This document shows, piece by piece, positions 16,532 through 23,883 of a DNA stretch of 32,000 nt. This DNA comes from Candidatus Nitrosopumilus koreensis AR1 (GTDB lineage Archaea; Thermoproteota; Nitrososphaeria; Nitrososphaerales; Nitrosopumilaceae). Positions within the stretch are counted from its first letter, which is position 1. Each line of letters opens with the position of its first letter. Location: the NCBI RefSeq assembly GCF_000299365.1, contig NC_018655.1, forward strand, positions 1,440,001 through 1,472,000, in the 5' to 3' direction. Made by a program: the position numbers and the translations under genes. The notes under the pieces are model-generated. The model ran no database searches. It was not told the origin of the DNA and saw only the letters and a program-made list of their open reading frames with translations.

Positions 16532-17054
16532 AGTAGTTAGAATTGGACAGAGATTAGTCAGAGACGACAGAGTTACAACCCATGTAGCATTAGTATCAAG
16601 GGCATTTGGAGCATCAAAAATATTCATGACAGAAGTTAATCCAGAGATAAAAGATACTTTGAGAAAAATTAATGAAACATGGGGAGGAAATTTTACAGTT
16701 GAATTTATTGAAAAATGGAAATCAGTTATCAAGAAGAAAAAAGAAGACAATTTCAAAATAGTACATCTTTCAATGTATGGTGAAAAAATTAATGAAGTTC
16801 AAGAAAAGATTCGTAAAGAAGAAAAATTGTTAGTTGTTGTAGGAGCTGAAAAAGTTCCCAGAGAGATTTACGAGGTGGCAGATTATAATGTGGGAGTGGG
16901 CAGTCAACCTCATTCTGAAATAAGCGCTCTTGCCATACTATTAGATCGTATTCAGACAGGTCAACAATTTGAGAAAGAATTTCCAAATGCAAAAAGAAAG
17001 ATTATACCCACAAAAACAGGCAAAAATGTACAAGTAAAGGAAACAAGGGATTAA
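16521..17054 (+). CDS. trm56: tRNA (cytidine56-2'-O)-methyltransferase aTrm56 (SPOUT).
   Basis: [36 protein letters not shown] and HLSMYGE...VVVGAEKVP match the aTrm56 pattern. The start is taken at ATG 16521 (11-nt overlap with hflX), not the upstream start at 16479. Confidence 0.8.
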   Translation: MEIEVVRIGQRLVRDDRVTTHVALVSRAFGASKIFMTEVNPEIKDTLRKINETWGGNFTVEFIEKWKSVIKKKKEDNFKIVHLSMYGEKINEVQEKIRKEEKLLVVVGAEKVPREIYEVADYNVGVGSQPHSEISALAILLDRIQTGQQFEKEFPNAKRKIIPTKTGKNVQVKETRD

Positions 17055-17080
17055 TAATAGAAAATTAGGAAAGATTAGAG

Positions 17081-17595
17081 TTGGTAGACAAATACGAAGA
17101 TCCTTTTGTTAGAATAGCCTCAATGATTGGAGGAGATGAATATCTCAAGGTTGCTCGTTCATTACTAAAAGCAGAAGATGCAACTGATGAAGAAATTGCA
17201 AGTTCTACAGGTCTTAGAATTAACATGGTAAGAAAAGTATTGTATGATCTTTTTGGTAAATCTCTAATCACAGGAATTAGAGTAAAAGATGAAAGAAAAG
17301 GATGGTTTGTTTACAGATGGAGAACTAGAAGAGAAGAAGTAGAACATTTCATTGAAAACCAAAAAAGAAAATTGAAGAAAGATTACAACAAAGACTAGAT
17401 TATGAAAATGCATCTGATTTTTATCATTGCGGAAATGAAGATTGTCCAAGAGTAACATTTGAAGATGCACTTGAAGGCATGTTCAAATGTCCATCATGTG
17501 GAAATGTCCTAAATCTGAAAAAGAACGATAAATCTAAAAAAGCATATCAAAAGAAAATTGATGAAATCAAAAAAGATATGCAGCAGATTTTCTAA
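17081..17595 (+). pseudogene. tfe: Transcription factor E (TFE, TFIIE-alpha homolog). The winged-helix and zinc-ribbon parts are in different frames (as sequenced).
   Basis: Track ORF 17081-17398 is the wHTH part (EEIASSTGLRINMVRKVLYDLFGKSLI..KGWFVYRW). Frame +1, open from 17356, continues KKKIEERLQQRLDYENASDFYHCGNEDCPRVTFEDALEGMFKCPSCGNVLNLKKNDKSKKAYQKKIDEIKKDMQQIF to TAA at 17593-17595. One extra A in the A6 run (17361-17366) or the A4 run (17368-17371) joins them. Confidence 0.85.
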
Positions 17596-17639
17596 TTATA
17601 TTGAGATAATACTAAATACTTTTTAGAGGTATTTTCTTT

Positions 17640-18044
17640 ATGTCTCAAGATTCAGAACCCTCAGTTTGTAATATTTTCAAAGATAATTCATCTAAAATAA
17701 TTAATAAATTAGAAATGCAGATTCCATCTCATTTTCAAATATATTCAGACATGTACAAAGAATATCTTCACATGCTAGATGATGTGTTTGGAACATGTAT
17801 TATTTCTGAAAAAGAATTTTTTGATAAAATAAATGCGGACGAAAATTCCATGAAACATATTAAATCATTTTCAGACAGCATGACAGATTTCTGGATAAAG
17901 CAGATTGAAAATTATGACAATTATCTGAAATGGTACTATCAAATGAGAATTTCAGGTATGAAATCATATGACCAATTTGTGCATATTATGATGAATTCAT
18001 ATTCCAAAACACTTTCAAATTTTACTAAGAGTCTTGAAGATTAG
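17640..18044 (+). CDS. Hypothetical protein (134 aa), aromatic-rich and helical.
   Basis: An ATG ORF. YKEYLHMLDD and FWIKQIENYDNYLKWYYQ are faintly reminiscent of the Trp-rich family at 5374 and 8882, but not convincingly. Confidence 0.55.
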   Translation: MSQDSEPSVCNIFKDNSSKIINKLEMQIPSHFQIYSDMYKEYLHMLDDVFGTCIISEKEFFDKINADENSMKHIKSFSDSMTDFWIKQIENYDNYLKWYYQMRISGMKSYDQFVHIMMNSYSKTLSNFTKSLED

Positions 18045-18083
18045 GTTACTAAATTAAATAGGAGAAATTGTTTTCAAAAAACC

Positions 18084-19475
18084 TTGAATCAAATTACTAC
18101 AGTAAATCCCACTACAGGTAAAGAGATCAACACATTTTCACCAATGGATAGAGATCAAGTATTTGAATTAGTTAGAAAAGCAAAAAGGGCATTTCCTGAA
18201 TGGAAAAAAGATTATGAGAAACGTCGAAGTTACATTTACAATTTAGTTGAACACCTTAAGAAAAACAAAACAGAGTTAGCAAAAATTGCAACTAGTGAGA
18301 TGGGAAAAGCACTCAAAGAATCAATTGGTGAAGTTGAAAAATGTGCTTGGGCCTTGGAATTTTATGCAGATCATGGAGATAGTTTTCTTTCAGACGAAGT
18401 CTTAAACACAGATGCAAGGAAGAGTTTTCTTACATTTGAACCATTAGGAGTAATTGGTTCTATTATGCCATGGAATTTTCCATATTGGCAAGCTCTAAGA
18501 TTTGCAGCTCCATGTTTAATGGCAGGTAATGTAATTGTGATGAAACCATCCAGAATTACCATGCAATCAGGAATTGAAATTGAAAAAGCATTCACAGAAG
18601 CAGGGATACCAGAGGGAGTGTTTTCAACTGTAACTGGAAGTGTTGATTCTGCAAACCATCTAATTGATTCAGAAGTTAATGCAGTGACATTTACTGGCAG
18701 TACTAATGCAGGAGCAAAAGTTGGAGAAAGATCTGCCATGAATCTAAAAAAATGTGTTTTAGAGTTAGGAGGAAGTGATCCTTTCATAGTTTTAGATGAT
18801 GCCATCATAGAAAAAGCGGCTGAAGGCGCAGTTAAAGGCAGATTTATCAATTGTGGGCAAAGTTGTGTAGCCTCAAAAAGATTCTTTGTGGGCAAGAATA
18901 TTGCTAAAGACTTTATTGAATTGTTTATCAAAAAAGCATCTCAACTAAAAGTAGGAGACCCAATGTCAATGGATACAGATATTGGTCCAATTTCTAATAA
19001 AGACGGGTTAGAAACAATTTCTGGAATTGTTGAAGATGCAAAGGAAAAAGGTGCCGAAGTACTGTTAGGAGGAGAAAAGATAGAAGGTAACGGATATTTC
19101 TACAAACCAACAATTCTAACAAACATTACACCAGACATGAGAATTGCAAAAGAAGAAACATTTGGACCAGTTGCTCCAATAACTATTGTTGAAAATGAAA
19201 GTGAGGCAATTAAATTGGCTAATGATAGTGAATTTGGATTAGGTGCCAGTATATGGACACAAGATCTTGCAAAAGCAGATAAAATGTCAAGAAGGATTGA
19301 ATCAGGAATTGTAAGTGTAAATAATGTAGTTATCTCAGATCCAAGAATTCCTTTTGGAGGAATAAAACATAGTGGTTTTGGAAGAGAGTTATCAAGATAT
19401 GGGATGTTAGAATTTGTAAATCTAAAATCAGTTAGATTCTACGACAACTTGACACATCATCATTACGTAGAATAA
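18084..19475 (+). CDS. NAD(P)+-dependent aldehyde dehydrogenase (non-acylating, succinate-semialdehyde dehydrogenase-like).
   Basis: 463 aa. ALDH blocks are PWNFPYWQ, FTGSTNAGAKV, LELGGSDP (Glu), FINCGQSCVASKR (catalytic Cys) and EETFGPV. Confidence 0.9.
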   Translation: MNQITTVNPTTGKEINTFSPMDRDQVFELVRKAKRAFPEWKKDYEKRRSYIYNLVEHLKKNKTELAKIATSEMGKALKESIGEVEKCAWALEFYADHGDSFLSDEVLNTDARKSFLTFEPLGVIGSIMPWNFPYWQALRFAAPCLMAGNVIVMKPSRITMQSGIEIEKAFTEAGIPEGVFSTVTGSVDSANHLIDSEVNAVTFTGSTNAGAKVGERSAMNLKKCVLELGGSDPFIVLDDAIIEKAAEGAVKGRFINCGQSCVASKRFFVGKNIAKDFIELFIKKASQLKVGDPMSMDTDIGPISNKDGLETISGIVEDAKEKGAEVLLGGEKIEGNGYFYKPTILTNITPDMRIAKEETFGPVAPITIVENESEAIKLANDSEFGLGASIWTQDLAKADKMSRRIESGIVSVNNVVISDPRIPFGGIKHSGFGRELSRYGMLEFVNLKSVRFYDNLTHHHYVE

Positions 19476-19618
19476 TTTTTCATAGTTGAAATTATGAGGA
19501 TCCTTTAAGTATAATTTTAGCGTATTATATACTGACGAGGACACTCGATGACATACATTGTTGAGTGAAGATCAATGAGATCTTAGGAACGCCTTGAGCT
19601 TTGATATACGTTCAGAGT

Positions 19619-19906
19619 TCATGATTCCTCAAGGACGGAGTCCTCGTCAAATTCTTCATCATCTTCACATTCTTCTAATTCTACATAAATTGGAGTTTCA
19701 TCTTCAAAGAAAATCTCAATGCAGATATCAGTAGATAAAGTAGATACTATAGTTTCAGCCAATTCTTTTGGAAAATTTCCTAAGCGACCGGGATCAGATG
19801 AATATCTGTACTCAGTTACCACATCATCATGATAAAAATCGAATTCAATGTCCCCATTTGCAAATTTTCTCACAGCAATTACTTGGCCAAATATGCTGAG
19901 AGTCAT
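19619..19906 (-). CDS. Hypothetical acidic protein (95 aa).
   Basis: An ATG ORF that starts 2 nt after the hemerythrin stop. It has a strongly acidic C-terminus, ELEECEDDEEFDEDSVLEES. Confidence 0.55.
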   Translation of the reverse strand: MTLSIFGQVIAVRKFANGDIEFDFYHDDVVTEYRYSSDPGRLGNFPKELAETIVSTLSTDICIEIFFEDETPIYVELEECEDDEEFDEDSVLEES

Positions 19907-19908
19907 GC

Positions 19909-20466
19909 CTAATTTCCTTGCTCAGCAACATCTCGTGTGAGATTTTCAGCCAGATCTTCATAGTGTTTTCGTGATTTTCCCAAACCGTTGAGTTTTTCGG
20001 TTTCAATCTCGTTTAATTCACCATCAACCTTTTGTGCTACATATTGCAAACGAGCTTCTGCCATCATAAACAATCGATTATTTTCTTTCCAAAGGTGTTC
20101 TGTGATATGTTCAACATATTGTTTCATATCACTAATCAGTTTTGTAGAATCACCTGAAGAAAGGTATTCTTTTGCAGAAGCCTCCATGTTTGATCCAATT
20201 TCTCTAGAACGTTCATGATCCATCAACATCATTGCTATAGGTCCCATATTTTTTGGCATTCCAGCTTGTTCTAATGCAGGAAACAAAGAATTTTCTTCTT
20301 TACTATGATGACAAACATCGGTAAAGTTTTTGGAAAAATCAATTACAGGAAGTAAGATAGATTCAGGAATTTTTTTATTTTCGTTTAATAATTGGATAGT
20401 TGCATCCATTGCTTTGATAACTTTTTCAATTAAATCATGATCACGTCTTAATGATGCAGTTGACAT
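19909..20466 (-). CDS. Hemerythrin HHE cation-binding domain protein.
   Basis: The pattern RRDHDLIEKV...HHSKEENSLFPALE...DHERSRE...HLWKENNRLF gives the paired H/HxxxE ligands of the hemerythrin fold. Confidence 0.8.
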   Translation of the reverse strand: MSTASLRRDHDLIEKVIKAMDATIQLLNENKKIPESILLPVIDFSKNFTDVCHHSKEENSLFPALEQAGMPKNMGPIAMMLMDHERSREIGSNMEASAKEYLSSGDSTKLISDMKQYVEHITEHLWKENNRLFMMAEARLQYVAQKVDGELNEIETEKLNGLGKSRKHYEDLAENLTRDVAEQGN

Positions 20467-20533
20467 GATGATTTTACATAATTTCTGGTATCTATATCTT
20501 ATTTTTTCAAAAATAATTAAAAGATAGAAATTA

Positions 20534-20568
20534 GTTAACGAGTTATCGTTAACGAGTGGTTTTAACGA
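20534..20568. promoter_or_regulatory. Three phased TTAACGA(G) motifs upstream of the hemerythrin gene (candidate operator).
   Basis: gttaacgagt occurs at 20534-20543 and 20548-20557 (14-bp spacing), and ttaacga at 20562-20568. The middle copy sits in the 8-bp palindrome CGTTAACG. The motifs lie 68-102 nt upstream of ATG 20466. Confidence 0.3.
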
Positions 20569-20873
20569 TTAGAGAGGCTTTTTGATTTTACAAACGCCCA
20601 AATCTTTTTGGTCATTTCACTTGGAGCAATTGGTTTGTTGCCAAATATTTGTTCAGCAGTTTCTTTTCGACCTGCAAAACTAATGGAGTATCCACCAAAT
20701 GCGGGTTTCTTTGCTTTTGATTTAGTAGTTTTCTTTTTTGGTGCTGCCTTTCTTTTTGGTGCTGCCTTTCTTTTTGGTGCTGCCTTTCTTTTTGGTGCTG
20801 CCTTCTTTTTTGTAGTAGTTTTTCTTTTGGTTGTTTTCTTTTTTACCGCCAATTTCTTGTAGTTGTAATTCAA
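20562..20873 (-). CDS. Lys-rich protein with an (AAPKRK)x4 repeat and a short SWIB/MDM2-like C-terminal segment.
   Basis: The track ORF starts at TTG 20873. An in-frame TTG at 20852 would give MAVKKKTTKRKTTTKKK..., parallel to the MAVKKKTTTKKR start of 5374-5874. The C-terminus IAPSEMTKKIWAFVKSKSL resembles the SWIB pattern (..R.E..K.LW.YIK...L). Confidence 0.65.
   Translation of the reverse strand: MNYNYKKLAVKKKTTKRKTTTKKKAAPKRKAAPKRKAAPKRKAAPKKKTTKSKAKKPAFGGYSISFAGRKETAEQIFGNKPIAPSEMTKKIWAFVKSKSLSNR
20740..20811. repeat. 18-bp tandem repeat, four copies.
   Basis: ggtgctgcctttcttttt occurs three times exactly, followed by ggtgctgccttctttttt. It encodes AAPKRK repeats on the minus strand. 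Confidence 0.95.
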
Positions 20874-20888
20874 ATAAAGTATAAGAAC

Positions 20889-21545
20889 TTAGAGCTTTTC
20901 ATAATGTAGAACTAGATGATTCTTGAGCCTCTTTACTGATTTGAGTCTAAGATTTGGAGAATTGGAAATTTTGCTGAATCCTGTACCACGTAAATAGGAT
21001 ATAGAATCATCACCACCAATTAAGAATGGTGACAAGGTGATAATCATTTCATCAAAAAAGTCATGCTTAACAAATTCCCAATTTACGGTTCCCCCACCTT
21101 CAACAAGGATTGTTTTGATATTTTTTTCAGAGAGTTTTTTTAGTAATAATTTTAGATTAACAGAATTTTTGCCAACAGTGATTATTTCAATGGGAAATTT
21201 TTGTAATTTTGCAAGGTTGGCGTTAGTAATTTTTTTAGATGTTGCAATAATGGTAGGAACTTGGTGGCTTGATTGTAGAATTTTTGATGTTTTAGAGATG
21301 CTTCCTTCAGAATCTAAAATAATCCTAGTCGGATTTTGCCCTTTAGTGTGACGAACAGTCAGCATAGGGTTATCACGAGATATAGTATTTTTTCCCACAA
21401 GAATTGCATCTACACTAGAACGTAATTTGTGTAGTCTCTTGATATCTTCTTTAGATGAAAGTTTTGAATCATTTGTTTTTGTTGCAATTTTTCCATCAAC
21501 AGATATTGCTGCACTAAGAATAACATGAGGTCTAGAGTTTTCCAT
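20889..21545 (-). CDS. arfC: 2,5-diamino-6-(5-phosphoribosylamino)-4(3H)-pyrimidinone reductase (RibD C-terminal-domain type, archaeal ArfC). No deaminase domain is present.
   Basis: RPHVILSAAISVDGKIATKTNDSKLSS..DIKRLHKLRSSVDAILVGKNTISRDNPMLTVR and ILVEGGGTVNWEF are reductase-domain blocks. The start is taken at ATG 21545 (the track's TTG is at 21563). Confidence 0.85.
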   Translation of the reverse strand: MENSRPHVILSAAISVDGKIATKTNDSKLSSKEDIKRLHKLRSSVDAILVGKNTISRDNPMLTVRHTKGQNPTRIILDSEGSISKTSKILQSSHQVPTIIATSKKITNANLAKLQKFPIEIITVGKNSVNLKLLLKKLSEKNIKTILVEGGGTVNWEFVKHDFFDEMIITLSPFLIGGDDSISYLRGTGFSKISNSPNLRLKSVKRLKNHLVLHYEKL

Positions 21546-22722
21546 GTACGATTTTTCCTCCAATCATGACAGCTTTTATTGCAGATTCAGATGCTCTATG
21601 AACAATTGATGCATAAGGATCATGTATTGGTTCTAAATCCAATGCATGTTTATCAAGAAATATACAGTCAGCAATCTTTCCAGTTTCAATTATTCCGATA
21701 TTTTTTTTCAGTATTTTACCACCATTTACCGTGGACATTTTTAGAATTTCTTTAGGATTAACTCTTTTTTTATGAATGCCCATTGTGACTTTCCAAAGAT
21801 AATCCATTTCTCTAAACATATCAGGTGAGTTTATCATTACATTATCTGTGCCTAATGCTAGCGTACAACCTGCTTTTTGCATTAAAGTGATGTCAGGAAT
21901 CCCTTCAGCCAAAGAGGCATTAGCTCTTGGACAAATAACAATGCCTCTGATTTTTTTTGCTGCAGCACGTAAATCACTTTTTGATGCATAAGTCATGTGT
22001 ACAAGAAAATGGGGTTTTAGAGACAATGCCCGAATTGTTTCAGATTTTCCAGTCATCTTTTTAGATTTTGATACGCTTTGTTTGGTTTCAGAAGAATGGA
22101 TTGCTCTGATTTTTGATGTTTTAGAGTAATGATTAAGAACTGAATTACTATTTTCGTTTGCTCCACTTATACCCAATCCATCACATTTTTGAAGAATCAA
22201 AGGCAATTTTTTGGCTTGTTCTTTTGGAATAGGTAGATTTTTTTTAATTTCAAGTGAATCTTGGTAAAAATCTACTCTTCCCAAAATTATTGATCGAATG
22301 GGGAGTTTGGATAATGTTTTCTTTAATAAAATCACACCATCTAATCCCCCTTCTCTAAAATCAACAAAAGTGGTAATGCCTTTTCTAATCATAGAGTGGC
22401 AAGTATTTTGCATAAAATTTGATAAATTCTCAGGAGGTGTGTTTTTTAGAATTTTTGATTTTGCTCCAAAAACAGGATGTATTTTTTTATCTACAGAACT
22501 GTCAAGTGTAACATCCTTTCCAATAGAATCACCTATGTGAGTATGTGCATTAATGAATCCAGGAATAAGTAATAGTCCTTCACAGTCAACAGAATCCTCT
22601 TTAGTACTTGGTTTTATGTTAGGTTGGATTCGCTTGAATTCTCCATTTTTGATTTGAATATTTGTTTGTGAAACAAAATCTAATTCTTTTCCTAGTAGTA
22701 GGCTAATATTTTTGATTAACAT
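21532..22722 (-). CDS. Amidohydrolase-superfamily protein of the deaminase/chlorohydrolase type. The substrate is unassigned.
   Basis: 396 aa. The metal and catalytic signature is PGFINAHTH (HxH), IHSSET (H..E), LVHMTY (His) and LGTDN (Asp). It overlaps the arfA stop by 7 nt and the arfC start by at least 14 nt. Confidence 0.85.
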   Translation of the reverse strand: MLIKNISLLLGKELDFVSQTNIQIKNGEFKRIQPNIKPSTKEDSVDCEGLLLIPGFINAHTHIGDSIGKDVTLDSSVDKKIHPVFGAKSKILKNTPPENLSNFMQNTCHSMIRKGITTFVDFREGGLDGVILLKKTLSKLPIRSIILGRVDFYQDSLEIKKNLPIPKEQAKKLPLILQKCDGLGISGANENSNSVLNHYSKTSKIRAIHSSETKQSVSKSKKMTGKSETIRALSLKPHFLVHMTYASKSDLRAAAKKIRGIVICPRANASLAEGIPDITLMQKAGCTLALGTDNVMINSPDMFREMDYLWKVTMGIHKKRVNPKEILKMSTVNGGKILKKNIGIIETGKIADCIFLDKHALDLEPIHDPYASIVHRASESAIKAVMIGGKIVHGKL

Positions 22723-23468
22723 GATAATTCATAAACTTCAGGTTTTTCTTTTCCTGAATCTCGAATTTCACGAATAGTATCTAGTGACTTTGTGGCTAGT
22801 TTTACAGCTTCTCTACAAGTACTTGCATTACCAATACCGCAATTCAAAGAAATGTTATCATCATTTTTTATCATATTGATGAAATTTTGGACAGAGTTTT
22901 TTGCATCATCACTTGCAACCACCATGAAATTATCACCACCCATAAAAAATGTCAGTGAATTTTTTTCCAAGAAATATTTTGACATTTTTGAATACAATTG
23001 AAAAATTATTGAGGATATTTCGTATGGGGAGTTTGTCGTTCTCCTAGAAGTAAGATCATCAACATCTAAATGCATTATAGTAACTTTGGAGGAAGATGTA
23101 TCATTTACAAAACCAAAAATGTTGTATTGTTTATCTAGAATAATGTTATTTTTCTTGCCTTCATATGCTTTCAGATTTGCATCAAATGGAGATTCAGCAA
23201 ATCCAATTGAAATGGCCAGATGTATTTCAAATGATTTTTCAAGGGTTTTTTGAATTTGGATGTGATCTTCTAGCCCAAGACCATTTGAAACAACAAAGAA
23301 TTCATCAAATCTGTTAAGAAATACAAGACAATTTTTTTCAGAAAATAATTTTTGTACTTGTTTGTAAAGAGATGCCTGAAGCATTTGAAGTTCATGTTCT
23401 CTATCACTGCCCAGAGTCAAAGTCCATGGTCCATAACCAGTTATTTTTAGAATGCTTAACTGAATCAT
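22716..23468 (-). CDS. arfA: GTP cyclohydrolase III (archaeal, FAPy-forming).
   Basis: The N-terminus MIQLSILKITGYGPWTLTLGSDREHELQMLQASLYKQV matches the characteristic GCH III start (MIQ.T.I.I..YGPWT.T....RE..LQ.LQ..LY). FFMGGDNF is also present. It overlaps ribH by 4 nt. Confidence 0.85.
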   Translation of the reverse strand: MIQLSILKITGYGPWTLTLGSDREHELQMLQASLYKQVQKLFSEKNCLVFLNRFDEFFVVSNGLGLEDHIQIQKTLEKSFEIHLAISIGFAESPFDANLKAYEGKKNNIILDKQYNIFGFVNDTSSSKVTIMHLDVDDLTSRRTTNSPYEISSIIFQLYSKMSKYFLEKNSLTFFMGGDNFMVVASDDAKNSVQNFINMIKNDDNISLNCGIGNASTCREAVKLATKSLDTIREIRDSGKEKPEVYELSC

Positions 23469-23881
23469 TTTTGAATCCTTTTTAGTTCAGAGGAGATTTT
23501 TACTACAGCTTCCACTGCACGTTCAGCTACAGGTCTTATTCTAGCATGTGCGTGTCTTTCTTGCATGCCAGGACCAGATATTCCTAAAGATACTGGTTTT
23601 TTGTGTTTTATAGATAAATCAGTTAATGCTTGAGCAGCTGCATGAGAGATAACCTCATCATGTTTTGTTTGTCCCTTGATAATTGCACCTAAGGTAACTA
23701 CTGCATCAACATCACTTTTTTGCAACAAAGCATCAACAATGATAGGCATATCATATGCACCAGGTACAGAACAAGTATAAGTTATTTTTAGCTTTAAAGA
23801 ATTGGCTTTTTCTTGTGCAACTGAAAACATCCTAGATGTCACTTTGTCATTAAATTCCGAAACCACTATAGCAATATTCAA
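23465..23881 (-). CDS. ribH: 6,7-dimethyl-8-ribityllumazine synthase.
   Basis: 138 aa. The blocks are IAIVVSEFNDKVTSRM, VPGAYDMP, VVTLGAIIKGQTKHDEVIS and a GISGPG-type segment. Confidence 0.9.
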   Translation of the reverse strand: MNIAIVVSEFNDKVTSRMFSVAQEKANSLKLKITYTCSVPGAYDMPIIVDALLQKSDVDAVVTLGAIIKGQTKHDEVISHAAAQALTDLSIKHKKPVSLGISGPGMQERHAHARIRPVAERAVEAVVKISSELKRIQK

Positions 23882-23883
23882 AA

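Noticed and set aside
19540-19610. A possible C/D-box sRNA (a CTGA at 19532-19535, with GATGA-like and TGAAGA-like boxes after it).
   Set aside because: The boxes are imperfect (CGAUGAC, UGAAGA) and in the wrong order and spacing. On neither strand is there a terminal CUGA D box paired with a 5' RUGAUGA C box.
20467-20561. The idea that the SWIB-like protein is C-terminally truncated by yet another frameshift.
   Set aside because: The 95 nt downstream of its stop have no extended open frame. They are occupied by the repeat motifs and the AT-rich promoter tracts of the hemerythrin gene. The short SWIB-like segment therefore appears to be the native end.
20608-20862. An 84-aa plus-strand ORF with a repeated GAAFLF sequence.
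   Set aside because: It is the antisense translation of the Lys-rich (AAPKRK) repeat gene. Its repetitiveness comes from the 18-bp tandem repeat.
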